Under the pieces are notes generated by a model that saw only the letters and a list, made by a program, of their open reading frames with translations, searched no databases and was not told where the DNA came from. A stretch of DNA of 61,687 nucleotides from an uncultured Enterobacterales bacterium (GTDB lineage Bacteria; Myxococcota_A; UBA796; CAJQPC01): NCBI GenBank assembly GCA_964610645.1, contig CAZSZE010000018.1:1-61687 (forward strand), given 5' to 3'. This document shows positions 44,589-54,848 of this stretch, piece after piece. A program made the translations under genes and the position numbers. Numbering within the stretch: the stretch's first letter is position 1; every line of letters starts with the position of its first letter.

Positions 44589-45883
44589 TAGACAGGGTCC
44601 GGGTCGTAGTCGCCATCCAGGGGCGCATTTCCAAACTCGTCGTCTGGCGGGCCCTCGTCGTCCGGCCCAAAGTCCTGGTACCGGGTCGGTCGCTCCGGCT
44701 CATCGTCCAGGTCGTCGTATTCCAGGTCTGGATCGTCCTCAGATTCCGGGCGTCGCATGACCTTCTTGTCCCGGGCCTCGTCCTCTGGGGATCCCTCCTC
44801 GTCCGACTCCCGCTTGGACCGTCGATCCCGCATGCGCTCCCGTCGCTCCCGAATGCGGTCCTCCCGCCGCTCCTTCCGGGCATCGTCCTCTTCAGCCTCG
44901 GGTTCGCCGCCATCCACCCGGGTCACGGATCCGCTCGTGCTTCGGCGGTCCACGCGGGAAGAGGTCTTGCCCCGGGCTGCACTCCGGTCCTCTCGGAACC
45001 GCCAGTTGGCCACGGTGCCGGTGACCTGGAAGTGGTACTCACCGCCGGAGTCCCGGGCCCTCTTCATCTGCGGAAGGATCTTCGCCAGGTCGTCCATTTC
45101 CTCGGAGAGCTTGAACCGCACCTTCAGCCGCACGCGGCTTCGCTCCATCGGCTCCTGCAAGACAATGTCGCCGTCCAGGACCAGCCGGATCACGTCGGAC
45201 TCAATCTTTCCTTTCTTGACCTTCAGCCGGCCCCCATCCACCTCCAATTGAATGATGGCCTCATCAAACGTGGTGGGTTCCAATTCAAAGCCGCCAAAAG
45301 AGGCCTGGTTCAGAGCCAGCCCGTCCACCGACAGGCGAACCCGGCCCTTGCTCTTCGAGGAATCCTCTCCATCGATGGCCAGCTTGATCAAGCCCTTGAG
45401 GCGCCCCTCCAGGCCCACTTGAAAGGCCTCGCTCTCGATGGGGTAGGCCGAAAGATCCAGGCCGCGAATCTTGAGGTCCATGCCGGAGCCATCTCTGGAC
45501 TGGTAGACCTCCCCAAAGACTCGACCATCGTACAGGCGGGTGTTCAGTTCGACCGAACGAGTGCCCCCCAACAGGGGCAAGGCCCGGATGCGGGCCGCGA
45601 ACTTGTCCAGGACCAGGCGCAGGTTGGGGCCCGCGCTCTCCTCGTCCCGAGACGAGCCCTTGGCACGGGAAAAGAGCTGGACCCCCTTCAATGAAACGCC
45701 CAACACGCCCCAGGGAGCGGCCTTTTCCACCCGGAGAAGCTGCTTTCCACTTGTGGCCTGCTCCACCTCGTAGGCCATCCGGTCCCCCAGGGCCTCAGAG
45801 GGAAAACTCAAATGAAACGCCAGCTGGAAGACCAGGGCCCCCCACACCACGCCGAACAAACCGATGCCGATGCGCTGGATCAT
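44579..45883 (-). CDS. gspN: Type II secretion system protein N
   Basis: Last gene of the gsp operon; N-terminal TM plus FP motif, beta-rich body, charged tail. Confidence 0.75.
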   Translation of the reverse strand: MIQRIGIGLFGVVWGALVFQLAFHLSFPSEALGDRMAYEVEQATSGKQLLRVEKAAPWGVLGVSLKGVQLFSRAKGSSRDEESAGPNLRLVLDKFAARIRALPLLGGTRSVELNTRLYDGRVFGEVYQSRDGSGMDLKIRGLDLSAYPIESEAFQVGLEGRLKGLIKLAIDGEDSSKSKGRVRLSVDGLALNQASFGGFELEPTTFDEAIIQLEVDGGRLKVKKGKIESDVIRLVLDGDIVLQEPMERSRVRLKVRFKLSEEMDDLAKILPQMKRARDSGGEYHFQVTGTVANWRFREDRSAARGKTSSRVDRRSTSGSVTRVDGGEPEAEEDDARKERREDRIRERRERMRDRRSKRESDEEGSPEDEARDKKVMRRPESEDDPDLEYDDLDDEPERPTRYQDFGPDDEGPPDDEFGNAPLDGDYDPDPVYDD

Positions 45884-46485
45884 CCGCTCTCCTCCTCGAC
45901 GAGGCGGTAGGCCGCCACATCCAACTTCACGGTCAACTTCTTTTCACCCGACACGCGCACACTCTTGAGGTTCGCCGACTGGATGCGCAGGGGGTAGCCG
46001 GTGCCTTCGGTTTCGTAGAGAAAGTTCAGCACCTGGTCCAGGGCTGCCTTCTTGACGGTCACCGAGTAGTTCTTGATTTCCAGGATGCCCTGTTGGCTCT
46101 TTGAGGTCTCCCGCACCGAATCCAGGTTCCCGCGAATCTGGGCCGAGCTGGCAGCCTTCTCCAGGAAGGCAGAAAGGTCCGTGTCTTCGTAGACCTTGAG
46201 CTTGGCTTCCAGTTCCTCGGCCTTGGCGCCTGCCTCCAGGTACTCCACCCCCAGGGCCTGAACCAGAACCAGGGTCTGCTGGCCCCGGACAAGGTCTTCC
46301 TCCAACCCCTCCAAGACCGCCATCATCCCCAGGACAACGGCTCCCACAAGGGCCACCACCAGGGTGGAAGAGAGGCCGTAGAACAGCTTCCGATCCCGGG
46401 GGGTCATTCCCAGCAAGAAGGCCTCGAACCGAGCCCCCCATGGTGCTGCAACCTGGCTTACCCGGGCACGTACATTTTCAAACAT
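45880..46485 (-). CDS. gspM: Type II secretion system protein M
   Basis: MTPRDRKL, TM helix, coiled coil; position in operon. Confidence 0.8.
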   Translation of the reverse strand: MFENVRARVSQVAAPWGARFEAFLLGMTPRDRKLFYGLSSTLVVALVGAVVLGMMAVLEGLEEDLVRGQQTLVLVQALGVEYLEAGAKAEELEAKLKVYEDTDLSAFLEKAASSAQIRGNLDSVRETSKSQQGILEIKNYSVTVKKAALDQVLNFLYETEGTGYPLRIQSANLKSVRVSGEKKLTVKLDVAAYRLVEEESG

Positions 46486-48116
46486 CAGCCTTCCTCCTTC
46501 TCGTCCCCATCCAGGGGAATGGTCAGGGAAAAGCTGATGCCGTCCCCCAGCTTCTTTTCATCACCCTTGACCGTGTCTTTGAACCGGGCCCTCCGCTGCA
46601 GGGACTGCTCAATGCTGGCCGCTGCTTCGTAGCCCGTGGTTTCGGCTTTCATCCGCACGGAGGTGGGGGTCAGGGTCATCTCCCGCACTTCGACCCGCAC
46701 GTCCTTGGGCGGAGGAAAGGCCTGGGAGATTTCCTTGAGCAGCACCAGCATGGGCGGCTCTCCCTGCATGGCGCCTTCCAGGATGTCGACCCGCTCGGCT
46801 TCGGTACCGGCCAACTCCAACAGGAAATCCCGGGAGAGTTCTGCTTTCTGGGCGATGGACTCCGGCATGTCCGGGACGATCGACGCCACCTCGGCAATGA
46901 CCTGGGCCTCAAGCTCGGAGATTTCTTGCGACAAGCTCATCCCCTTGAGGGCAAAGAGCACAAGGCCCACGGCAAGCAGTCCCACACCTCCTGCTGCAGC
47001 GTACCCGGCCAGGTCCCGCACAATGGCCAGGTCCCCCTTGTAGCCAAACTCCCCCTTCCGGAACTGGAACTCCCGGCTGTGGGTCATCCCCCCCGCCACC
47101 TCGCTCAAAGCATGGGACAGGGCAAACCGGCCCGGGTCTCCCTCGAAGACCGCCTCATCGGAAATGGAAGCACGGCGGACCGGCACCCCAAGGGCAGCCG
47201 CCACCCGGGGTGTCAGGCCCTGTAGCTCCGAGGTCCCACCGGTCACCACCAGGTCTTCAATCTCCACATCGGTGCTGGCTTCGAAGGCCAGGCGCGTGGC
47301 CCGGAGTTCAGCAAGAAGGGGCGCCAATGCCTCTTCCAGGACCCGGCCCGGGCCGACACCCGCATCCGTGACGTCCTCCGCATCCGGTGTCTCCGTGGCC
47401 TCCACCACAGCCACGCCTCCAGCGAACCTGGGCAGAGAGGCCATGTGCTTCTCCTCTTCAGCGACCTCCCAGTCCCAGTCAAAGGCCCGGCACAAGGCCA
47501 GGGTCAGATCCCGCCCCCCCCGGGACAGGGCCCGGACCTGGATGACCTCTCCCCCGGACACAAAGGCCACCAGGGTCCGGGTGTGCCCGATGTCCACCAC
47601 CATCCGGTGGCCCATGCCCGGGGCGAAGCTGGCCAGCACCTCTGCATCCAGCACCACGCGGCGCGGTTGAAGGCCGGCTTCCTTCAAGCCCTGGAGCATG
47701 CCCCCAAGCACCTGCTTGCTGGCCAAGGCACACAGGACGCGGCTCCCCTCTCCCACGGGCTTGAGCACCCGGTAGTCGAGCACGAAGTCATCCAAATCAA
47801 AGGGCACGTGGCCCTCCAGCTCAAAGGCCAGGGTCTTTTGAATCTGGGCGCGGTCGCTGAACGGAAGGCGGATGCCGCGCAGGGAGGCCCGATCGGCGGG
47901 AAAACCCGCTGCGCAGGTGGCCCCCTCCGTCTGGGGAAGATCCCGAAGCAGTGCCGCCAAGGCGGCAAAGCGCTCGGCTTCTGTGGGGAGGCTTTCTGTG
48001 TCTTGAAGGATGGGTGCCACCTTGTAGTCCAAGGTGCCGCCGCGCCCAAGACGCCCTTCCACGATGGCCAGCTTGACCGAGTGGGTTCCGATGTCTACGC
48101 CGAGAATGGTTGCCAT
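46485..48116 (-). CDS. gspL: Type II secretion system protein L (PilM/PilN-like)
   Basis: ILGVDIGTHSVK, LPFSD, FELEGHVPF, VDIGH, GG..LT, VTGG. Confidence 0.85.
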   Translation of the reverse strand: MATILGVDIGTHSVKLAIVEGRLGRGGTLDYKVAPILQDTESLPTEAERFAALAALLRDLPQTEGATCAAGFPADRASLRGIRLPFSDRAQIQKTLAFELEGHVPFDLDDFVLDYRVLKPVGEGSRVLCALASKQVLGGMLQGLKEAGLQPRRVVLDAEVLASFAPGMGHRMVVDIGHTRTLVAFVSGGEVIQVRALSRGGRDLTLALCRAFDWDWEVAEEEKHMASLPRFAGGVAVVEATETPDAEDVTDAGVGPGRVLEEALAPLLAELRATRLAFEASTDVEIEDLVVTGGTSELQGLTPRVAAALGVPVRRASISDEAVFEGDPGRFALSHALSEVAGGMTHSREFQFRKGEFGYKGDLAIVRDLAGYAAAGGVGLLAVGLVLFALKGMSLSQEISELEAQVIAEVASIVPDMPESIAQKAELSRDFLLELAGTEAERVDILEGAMQGEPPMLVLLKEISQAFPPPKDVRVEVREMTLTPTSVRMKAETTGYEAAASIEQSLQRRARFKDTVKGDEKKLGDGISFSLTIPLDGDEKEEG

Positions 48117-48125
48117 TTCTTCTCC

Positions 48126-49334
48126 TCAATCCACGCGCCAGAAGACGAACTTGCCTTCCTTGCTCTTTTCGAAATCCATGACCACGGTGAGGCTCTGCGT
48201 CGCGTCTCCCACCATGCCGATGGACTTGACCGTAAACACTGTCGACTTCGTTCCAATGGCCTTTCTCATGGCCGGTTCCACGTTCACCCCCTGGCCCGAG
48301 AGCCAGTTGGTGAAATCCTTGGCCTTGGCGAAGCTCGCCCCCATCATCCGGTACTCCGCCAGCTCCTGCAGCAGCACCTCGCACTGGGTGTCCATGGGGC
48401 TTGGGCTGATGTAGGCCTTGAACAGGCCCACCAGCACCTCGGAGGAGGCGGTGTTCACGTTGATCTTCCCCGTGCCGTACAGGGTGAAGTACTCGGAATA
48501 CCGGTCGTAGACATCGTCCTGCCAGCCCTCCACCAAGCGAATCTCCGCCTTGGTTTCAAAGGGGGCATTCTTGGAGAGGTAGGGAGAATCCAGGTTGTTG
48601 TACAGGTCGTCCTCGTACCCACCCTGGGCGCCGGAGCGCATGGTGTCCTGATCCACCCAGTCCAGCAGGTTCGAAATCAACTCCCAGCGATCGATGTTGC
48701 GATCGTAGAACCACTGGTCGTGCTCCTCTCCGGACATGAGTCCGTAGAGTTGAATGGCCGTGGGGTTTTCCATGAGGGGCACGGTGCCGTAGGTGCCAAT
48801 GAGGCCGATGTTGACCTTGGAGTCCTCGTCCACGATCTCCGCGAGGAAGTCCCCGTCGAAATCCAGGAAGTTCCGATTCGCAAACCGGCTCTCCCGGCTG
48901 GCCTCCCGGGTCTCTGCATCCAGGCCCTCGTCCCGGAGCTTCTCCAGGTCTTCGGATTCCAGGTCCCCACCGCTCACGAAGATCATTCGCAGCAGGCTGG
49001 TGTTGATGTTGGGCATCAGCTGCCACAACTCGATCCCGCCCATCCCGATGCTGTTCATCATGTTCTTGAGCATGGGGTTGTTTTCCACCTGCTTGGTGCC
49101 CACCAGGATCAGCCGGTACATGTTGACCCCGGTGCGGGCCAGGGCACCGGCAGCCACCTCATCCCGGGCGTGGGCCGACTGGAGGAACCGCACCCGGGAG
49201 CTGAAGCTGATTTCTGTGACAAGAACCGTCATGAACATCAGGGTCGTGGCCACCAGCAACAGGGCCACACCCCGGCGCTTGTCCCGCCGGCGGGGGAATC
49301 CATAAAATGGATGCGGATTGCGGAAGAGTCCCAT
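48126..49334 (-). CDS. gspK: Type II secretion system minor pseudopilin K
   Basis: RRG-VALLLV, DEDSKVNI, DWVD, KNAPF, INVNTAS. Confidence 0.9.
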   Translation of the reverse strand: MGLFRNPHPFYGFPRRRDKRRGVALLLVATTLMFMTVLVTEISFSSRVRFLQSAHARDEVAAGALARTGVNMYRLILVGTKQVENNPMLKNMMNSIGMGGIELWQLMPNINTSLLRMIFVSGGDLESEDLEKLRDEGLDAETREASRESRFANRNFLDFDGDFLAEIVDEDSKVNIGLIGTYGTVPLMENPTAIQLYGLMSGEEHDQWFYDRNIDRWELISNLLDWVDQDTMRSGAQGGYEDDLYNNLDSPYLSKNAPFETKAEIRLVEGWQDDVYDRYSEYFTLYGTGKINVNTASSEVLVGLFKAYISPSPMDTQCEVLLQELAEYRMMGASFAKAKDFTNWLSGQGVNVEPAMRKAIGTKSTVFTVKSIGMVGDATQSLTVVMDFEKSKEGKFVFWRVD

Positions 49335-50044
49335 CAACCGCCCTCCACTTTTCCGCGACCAAAGGCGGATCTCGCCAGGGCCTTGGAGTACTGAAGAAGC
49401 ACGGTGGTGGCGTAGGTGGTCTCGCGGGTCTCCTCCGGGTCGCTTGGATCGGGGCTTTCCAACACAAGAACGATTCGCACCGCTCGAGGAAGCCGGTTGG
49501 GGGTCTCGATGCCCGTGGTGTCCCACTCCTCCACCCACTCGCCTCGGGTGCCATCCAGGAAGGAGAGGTCGAACCGCTCCACCCGGTGGGCCAGGGGCAG
49601 GATGACGCCATCCTTGTCCGGTTCGTGGTCAATGCGCGGGGCTTCCCGGTGCAGCAGCACGGCGTTGCCGGAGTGCTCCGGATCGTCTTCCGTCCAGAGG
49701 GTGATCTCGGTCTGGTCCCCTTCGCGAGAGTCCCGCACCATGCGCCGGTGGGAGAGCGAGGTGAACCAGATCCGGTCCAGGGGCTCGTTGTCCTCGGCTA
49801 CAAACACGGTGCGGAAGGTGTTGATGGCTGCGGTGTGCTCGGTGAGCCAGGCCAGCTCCAGCTCCCGCGTGATGCGATCCATGGCCACCCTTGCCGACTG
49901 CTGCACCTCGTCCTGCAGCTCCAGGGTGTCCCGGGCATCCAGCACGCCAGCCAGGGAGATCCAGGTCATGGCTGCGATCCCCGCCAGGATGCCCATGGCG
50001 ACCATCACCTCCATGAGGGTCATTCCCAGTCGCCGGGTCCTCAC
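49334..50044 (-). CDS. gspJ: Type II secretion system minor pseudopilin J
   Basis: LG-MTLMEVMVA, WDT...LPRAVRI. Confidence 0.85.
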   Translation of the reverse strand: MRTRRLGMTLMEVMVAMGILAGIAAMTWISLAGVLDARDTLELQDEVQQSARVAMDRITRELELAWLTEHTAAINTFRTVFVAEDNEPLDRIWFTSLSHRRMVRDSREGDQTEITLWTEDDPEHSGNAVLLHREAPRIDHEPDKDGVILPLAHRVERFDLSFLDGTRGEWVEEWDTTGIETPNRLPRAVRIVLVLESPDPSDPEETRETTYATTVLLQYSKALARSAFGRGKVEGG

Positions 50045-50700
50045 TTTTCCTCCCCCCCGGTGCCGGCGTCTGCTTCCCCGGACAATCCACCGATTCCCGC
50101 TCCCGGCATCACAACACCCGATGGATTGATCACGTGGGTGGTCAGCTCGACCTGGTCGATTCCATCCTCGTTCTCCCCCCACCAGACCCGCACCACCAGC
50201 TCACGCATGTAGGGCGAGAGGGCTTCAGTGATCATCTCCGGGGAGAGGAAGTTCCCCAGCATGCCCGCTTGGGGGGTTGCCTGCGAGAGGTCTGCTTCTT
50301 CCCCTGCATCCCCCCAGTACCCATCGCCTGCCAGGTCCCCCGCCATTCCCATGAGATCCCCTGCCAGGGCCAACTCAATCTCCCGGACCGTGTAGGCCCA
50401 CTCGTAGTCGGAGAACGCCTCATCAAAATCCACCGACTCCATGTCGTCGCCGTACTCGTCGAAGTCCCCATCTTCCTCCAACTCCTGGTCCCCAAAACCC
50501 TCGCGCTCCAGCATGAGCCGGATCTCCGTCATCTTTTCCTGGGCCAGCATGGTGGCCGTGCCGTAGCGCTCCGCACCGAGGGTCATGTCCACACTCGTGG
50601 CCTGCGCATCCACCAGGACCACCAGGGAAATGGCCAGGATGCCCATGGCAATGACCACCTCCAGCAAGGTGAAGCCGCGGCGCCTGCTCCGGGGGCTCAC
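50041..50700 (-). CDS. gspI: Type II secretion system minor pseudopilin I
   Basis: RRG-FTLLEVVIAMGIL; position in operon. Confidence 0.8.
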   Translation of the reverse strand: MSPRSRRRGFTLLEVVIAMGILAISLVVLVDAQATSVDMTLGAERYGTATMLAQEKMTEIRLMLEREGFGDQELEEDGDFDEYGDDMESVDFDEAFSDYEWAYTVREIELALAGDLMGMAGDLAGDGYWGDAGEEADLSQATPQAGMLGNFLSPEMITEALSPYMRELVVRVWWGENEDGIDQVELTTHVINPSGVVMPGAGIGGLSGEADAGTGGEEK

Positions 50701-51437
50701 AGGTCCAACTCCGGGGCTGCATCCGGCAACCAGTCGCGGCGGTCTTCGGGCCGCACCTCGCCCGCGTGGATCTGGACCCGGCCGGTGAGGGGCTCCACCT
50801 CGAGGGTGAGACCATCGTCGGGATCGTTCTCATCCACGAGGTAGATCAGCGTGTGCTCCATGTACCCGTCCGGGAAGACATGGGAATGGGCGATTCGGCG
50901 ATCAGACTCCTCGTCCATCTCTGCGTCCCAGGGCTCGTCGGGGGCTTCCACCGGCTCCTCGTACTGGGGGGTGTAGATCCAGCCAAAGACGGTGCCCCCG
51001 GGGAGTTCGACCCGGGTCGGCAGGGTGCGATCTCCCTCCAGGCCGTCGAACCGGCCCCTCTTCTCCAGGATTTCCCGGGCCTCGCCCTCCTCGATCTCCC
51101 TTTGGGTGTACCGGGCCAGCTCGTCCTCGATCTGCTCTTCGAATTCCATGCGGGCCTCCGCATCTGTGAAGACCAGCGTGTTCGGGTCCCCCACCTGCAC
51201 GCTCCAGCTGTTGCGATCCAGGTCGTACTCGACCCGGAAGCTCACGTTCCGCAGGCCTGCTTCCTCCCGAAGGAAGTTGTAGGTGGTGGCGATCTGCTTG
51301 GCCATCTGGGATCGCTCCAACCCAAACAAGCCCCCAAGCCCCGGCAGGGCGATCCCGAAGATGCCCGCAATGATCGCGATGGAGACCATGATCTCCATGA
51401 GCGTCATGCCGCGGCGGAATTGGGATCGAAGTCGCAT
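50697..51437 (-). CDS. gspH: Type II secretion system minor pseudopilin H
   Basis: RRG-MTLMEIMVS, FPDG, PLTGRV. Confidence 0.8.
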   Translation of the reverse strand: MRLRSQFRRGMTLMEIMVSIAIIAGIFGIALPGLGGLFGLERSQMAKQIATTYNFLREEAGLRNVSFRVEYDLDRNSWSVQVGDPNTLVFTDAEARMEFEEQIEDELARYTQREIEEGEAREILEKRGRFDGLEGDRTLPTRVELPGGTVFGWIYTPQYEEPVEAPDEPWDAEMDEESDRRIAHSHVFPDGYMEHTLIYLVDENDPDDGLTLEVEPLTGRVQIHAGEVRPEDRRDWLPDAAPELDL

Positions 51438-51443
51438 CAATTC

Positions 51444-51872
51444 CTACTGGATCTTCCCGGAATTGGACACGAGGTCGGCTTCCTTGTCGGAACCGCCAGA
51501 CTTGCCGTCTTCCCCGAAGGAGACCAGCTTGTAGCCCCGGCAGTCATCGGTGCAGCTGTACTCGAAGTTGCCGCCCCAGGCGTCCGTGGGAACCTCGCCG
51601 TTCTTGAACTTCTTCTTCACCTCGTCCAGGGTCGACGGGTACTTGTTCTTGTGCGTGGCCCGGTGAATGGTGAGCATGTTGTCCATGTTCGCCATCTGGA
51701 TCTTGGTGTTCTCCACGTTGGACTCACCAAAGACCTCGAGCACGTTCACGGCCACCACGGTCATGATGGTGCCGAGAATGGCGATCACAACCATGATCTC
51801 CATGAGGGTCATGCCTCGCCGGGCGTGGGAGCGAGCGCGGCGGTTGCGGCTGCGGGAGGAAAGGCAAAACAT
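51444..51872 (-). CDS. gspG: Type II secretion system major pseudopilin G
   Basis: RRG-MTLMEIMVVI, YPST, PTDAWG, SFGEDG..GG. Confidence 0.9.
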   Translation of the reverse strand: MFCLSSRSRNRRARSHARRGMTLMEIMVVIAILGTIMTVVAVNVLEVFGESNVENTKIQMANMDNMLTIHRATHKNKYPSTLDEVKKKFKNGEVPTDAWGGNFEYSCTDDCRGYKLVSFGEDGKSGGSDKEADLVSNSGKIQ

Positions 51873-51886
51873 CAGGGGCTCCTTGG

Positions 51887-53140
51887 CTATCGAAGGGAAT
51901 TGGACATGTTGAGCATGGGCAGCATGATGGCCATGGCAATGAAGCCAACCACGCCCCCCATCACGAGAATGAGAAGAGGTTCAAGCAAGCTGGTCAGCCC
52001 TTCCAGGGTGGACTCCAGCTGGGATTCATAGGAGTCCGCCACCTTGCCGAGCATGCTTTCCAGCTCGCCGGTGCGCTCCCCGATGGCGATCATGTGGGTC
52101 ACAAGCGGCGGAAACTCCCCGGACTGGCGCAGGGGAGCAGCAATGGAGTCCCCCTCGGAGATGTTCTCCGCCGCCTCCCGGACCGCCTTGGCCAGGACAT
52201 CGTTCTGGACCACCCGCTCCACGATTCCCACGGCAGTCAGGATCGGCACACCGGAATCCAGCAGCGTGGAGAGGGTCTGGCAGAAGCGCGTCACGGCTAC
52301 CCGGCGAACGATGGGGCCCAGAATGGGTGCCTTGAGCAGAAAAGTGTGCCACTTGAAGCGGCCCTCTTTCGTGCTCTTCCACCGGCGGAACAACGTGTAG
52401 GCCCCAAAGCCCAGCAGGCCGAGGGCCCACCACCAGCCAAGCACCAACTCCGAGATGCCCAGCGTGATCCGCGTGATGGCCGGCAGGGTCTGCCCGAAGG
52501 ACTCCAACACCCGCCGAATCCGCGGGATGACAAACACAAAGAGCCCCATCACAATGGCGCCCCCCACCACGGACATGAGGATCGGGTAGATCATGGCCCC
52601 GGTCACCTTGCCCCGGAGCTTGACCTGGCCCTCGGTGTAGGAGGCCAGCCGCTGCAGCACCAGGTCCAGGCTGCCAGAGGCCTCCCCCGCGCGAACCATG
52701 TTCACGTAGAGATCCGAGAAGACCTTGGGGTGGCTCTCCATGGCATCCGCCAGGCCCGACCCCTGGTTCACCTTCTCCCGCACATCCGCCAGGATCACCT
52801 TCAGCTTGTCCTTTTCGCACTGCTCCTGAATGGCCGCCAGGGCCTCCACCATGGGAATGTTGGCCCCGATCAGGGTGGCCAACTGGGTGGTCATCGCTGA
52901 TACATCTTTGATCCCTACCCGCTGGAAGAAGGCCGCCACATCCACTTCTCGGGACAGGCCGCCACCGCTCTTTTCTGCCTTTCCCTTCCCGCCGCCGGAG
53001 ACCGCCTGCTGCTTGATGTCTGTGGGGAAGAGGCCCTGCTTTCGCAAGCGGGCACGGGCGCTCTTGGCACCCTCGGCGTCGATGATGCCGGCGATTGCCT
53101 TGCCGCGGCCGTCCAGTCCCTTGTATTCGTAGACAGCCAT
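51887..53140 (-). CDS. gspF: Type II secretion system inner membrane platform protein F
   Basis: MVRAGEASGSL, AMIYP, MIAIGERTGEL, LLEP. Confidence 0.93.
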   Translation of the reverse strand: MAVYEYKGLDGRGKAIAGIIDAEGAKSARARLRKQGLFPTDIKQQAVSGGGKGKAEKSGGGLSREVDVAAFFQRVGIKDVSAMTTQLATLIGANIPMVEALAAIQEQCEKDKLKVILADVREKVNQGSGLADAMESHPKVFSDLYVNMVRAGEASGSLDLVLQRLASYTEGQVKLRGKVTGAMIYPILMSVVGGAIVMGLFVFVIPRIRRVLESFGQTLPAITRITLGISELVLGWWWALGLLGFGAYTLFRRWKSTKEGRFKWHTFLLKAPILGPIVRRVAVTRFCQTLSTLLDSGVPILTAVGIVERVVQNDVLAKAVREAAENISEGDSIAAPLRQSGEFPPLVTHMIAIGERTGELESMLGKVADSYESQLESTLEGLTSLLEPLLILVMGGVVGFIAMAIMLPMLNMSNSLR

Positions 53141-53144
53141 GGGT

Positions 53145-54848
53145 TCAGCCCGCGACCTCTTCCTGGGTGACGCGCACTACCTCGTCGAAGGAGGTGACCC
53201 CATCCAACACCTTGCGCAGGCCATCACGGCGCAGGGTCACAAGACCATCTGCCAGGGCCGCCTTCTTGATGGAACCCGCATCGGCGGACTGCATCACCAG
53301 GTGCTTCACCTCGTCAGTCACGTGGAGCAGCTCGTAGATGCCCGACCTTCCCCGGTAGCCAGTTTCCAGGCACTCCGGGCATCCCTTGGGCCGGTAGACG
53401 GGCCCCCTGAGGTCCTTCTTGGTCAGTCCCACGTCTTTCAGTTGGACCGCTGAGGGCTCATAGGCCTCCTTGCACTCGCCACAGAGCTGTCGCACCAGTC
53501 GCTGGGCAAGCACCGCCACCAGGGACGAGGCCACAAGGAAGGGCTCCACCCCCATGTCCACCAGTCGCGAAAAAGCGCCTGCGGCATCGTTGGTGTGCAG
53601 AGTGGAAAACACCAGGTGGCCGGTCAGGGCTGCCTGGACCGCGTTGTCCGCGGTTTCCTTGTCCCGAATCTCACCGACCATGATGATGTCCGGGTCCTGC
53701 CGCAGGTGCGCCCGCAGGGCGGATGCGAAAGTCAGCTTGATCTTGGGATTCACCTGGGTCTGGCCGATGCCCTTGAGCTCGTACTCGATGGGATCCTCAA
53801 TGGTGAGGATGTTCAGGTCGGGCTTGTTGATCTCCGAGAGGGCCGAGTAGAGGGTGGTGGTCTTTCCGGAGCCGGTGGGGCCGGTCACCAGGAGGATTCC
53901 ATGGGGCCGCCGGATGTGCTTCCGGAAGTCCAACAGCTCGCCGGCCTCCATTCCCGTGGAGTCCAGGCTGAAAACAGCGCCCTTCTCCAGGATACGCATG
54001 ACCACGCGCTCCCCGTGCCGCACCGGCAGGGTGGAAACCCGCAGGTCGATCTCCCGGCCCGCCATGCGAATGCGAATGCGGCCATCCTGGGGAATGCGCT
54101 TCTCGGCGATGTTCAACCCAGCCATGATCTTCACGCGGGACACGATGGACGCCTGCAGCCGCGGGGGGGGCTTGACCACCTCGTAGAGCACTCCATCGAT
54201 GCGGAACCGGACCACCAGCTCCTTTTCGAAAGGCTCGATGTGGATGTCCGAGGCCCGATCCTTGATGGCCTGGGTCAGCAGCGTGTTCACGAACCGGATG
54301 ATCGGGGCCTGGTTTGGATCGTCCAGGATGTCGGCTTCCAGGTCCAGGCCGCCGGTCAAATCGTCCTCTTCCTCCTCCTGGATCTCCTCCATCACCGCGC
54401 TGGCGGTGCGAGACGCCTTGTCGAAGGCCTTGTTGATGATGTCCCGAAGGGTGTCGTGGCGCACCAGGACCGGTGAAACCGGCATGGAAAAGAGCACCCG
54501 CAGATCATCCGTGGCGCTCAGGGCCTCGGGGCTGCCCATGGCCACAAGCACCCGGCCATCCTTCTCCCACAAGGGCAGAACCCCCTGCTCCCGGGCCAAC
54601 CCCAGGGGAAGCTGGCGCACCAACTCCACATCCACCTTTTCCAGGTCCACCTCCTCCAGCACTTCCAACCCCGTCAGCCCCGCCAACACCCTGTGCAGCA
54701 GCCCCGGGTCCACCGAGTCCGTGCGCTGGATGACCTCCAACAGGCTCAAGCCCGTGCGATCCGCGTGCTGCCGAGCATCTTCCAGATCGGAGGCCTGCAC
54801 CCCCTCCTGCAAGAGGCTCTGCTCCAGGGCAAAGAAACCAGCACTCAC
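53145..54848 (-). CDS. gspE: Type II secretion system ATPase E
   Basis: ASDIHIEP, GPTGSGKTTT, TIEDPIE, LRQDPD, LHTND, tetracysteine motif. Confidence 0.95.
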   Translation of the reverse strand: MSAGFFALEQSLLQEGVQASDLEDARQHADRTGLSLLEVIQRTDSVDPGLLHRVLAGLTGLEVLEEVDLEKVDVELVRQLPLGLAREQGVLPLWEKDGRVLVAMGSPEALSATDDLRVLFSMPVSPVLVRHDTLRDIINKAFDKASRTASAVMEEIQEEEEDDLTGGLDLEADILDDPNQAPIIRFVNTLLTQAIKDRASDIHIEPFEKELVVRFRIDGVLYEVVKPPPRLQASIVSRVKIMAGLNIAEKRIPQDGRIRIRMAGREIDLRVSTLPVRHGERVVMRILEKGAVFSLDSTGMEAGELLDFRKHIRRPHGILLVTGPTGSGKTTTLYSALSEINKPDLNILTIEDPIEYELKGIGQTQVNPKIKLTFASALRAHLRQDPDIIMVGEIRDKETADNAVQAALTGHLVFSTLHTNDAAGAFSRLVDMGVEPFLVASSLVAVLAQRLVRQLCGECKEAYEPSAVQLKDVGLTKKDLRGPVYRPKGCPECLETGYRGRSGIYELLHVTDEVKHLVMQSADAGSIKKAALADGLVTLRRDGLRKVLDGVTSFDEVVRVTQEEVAG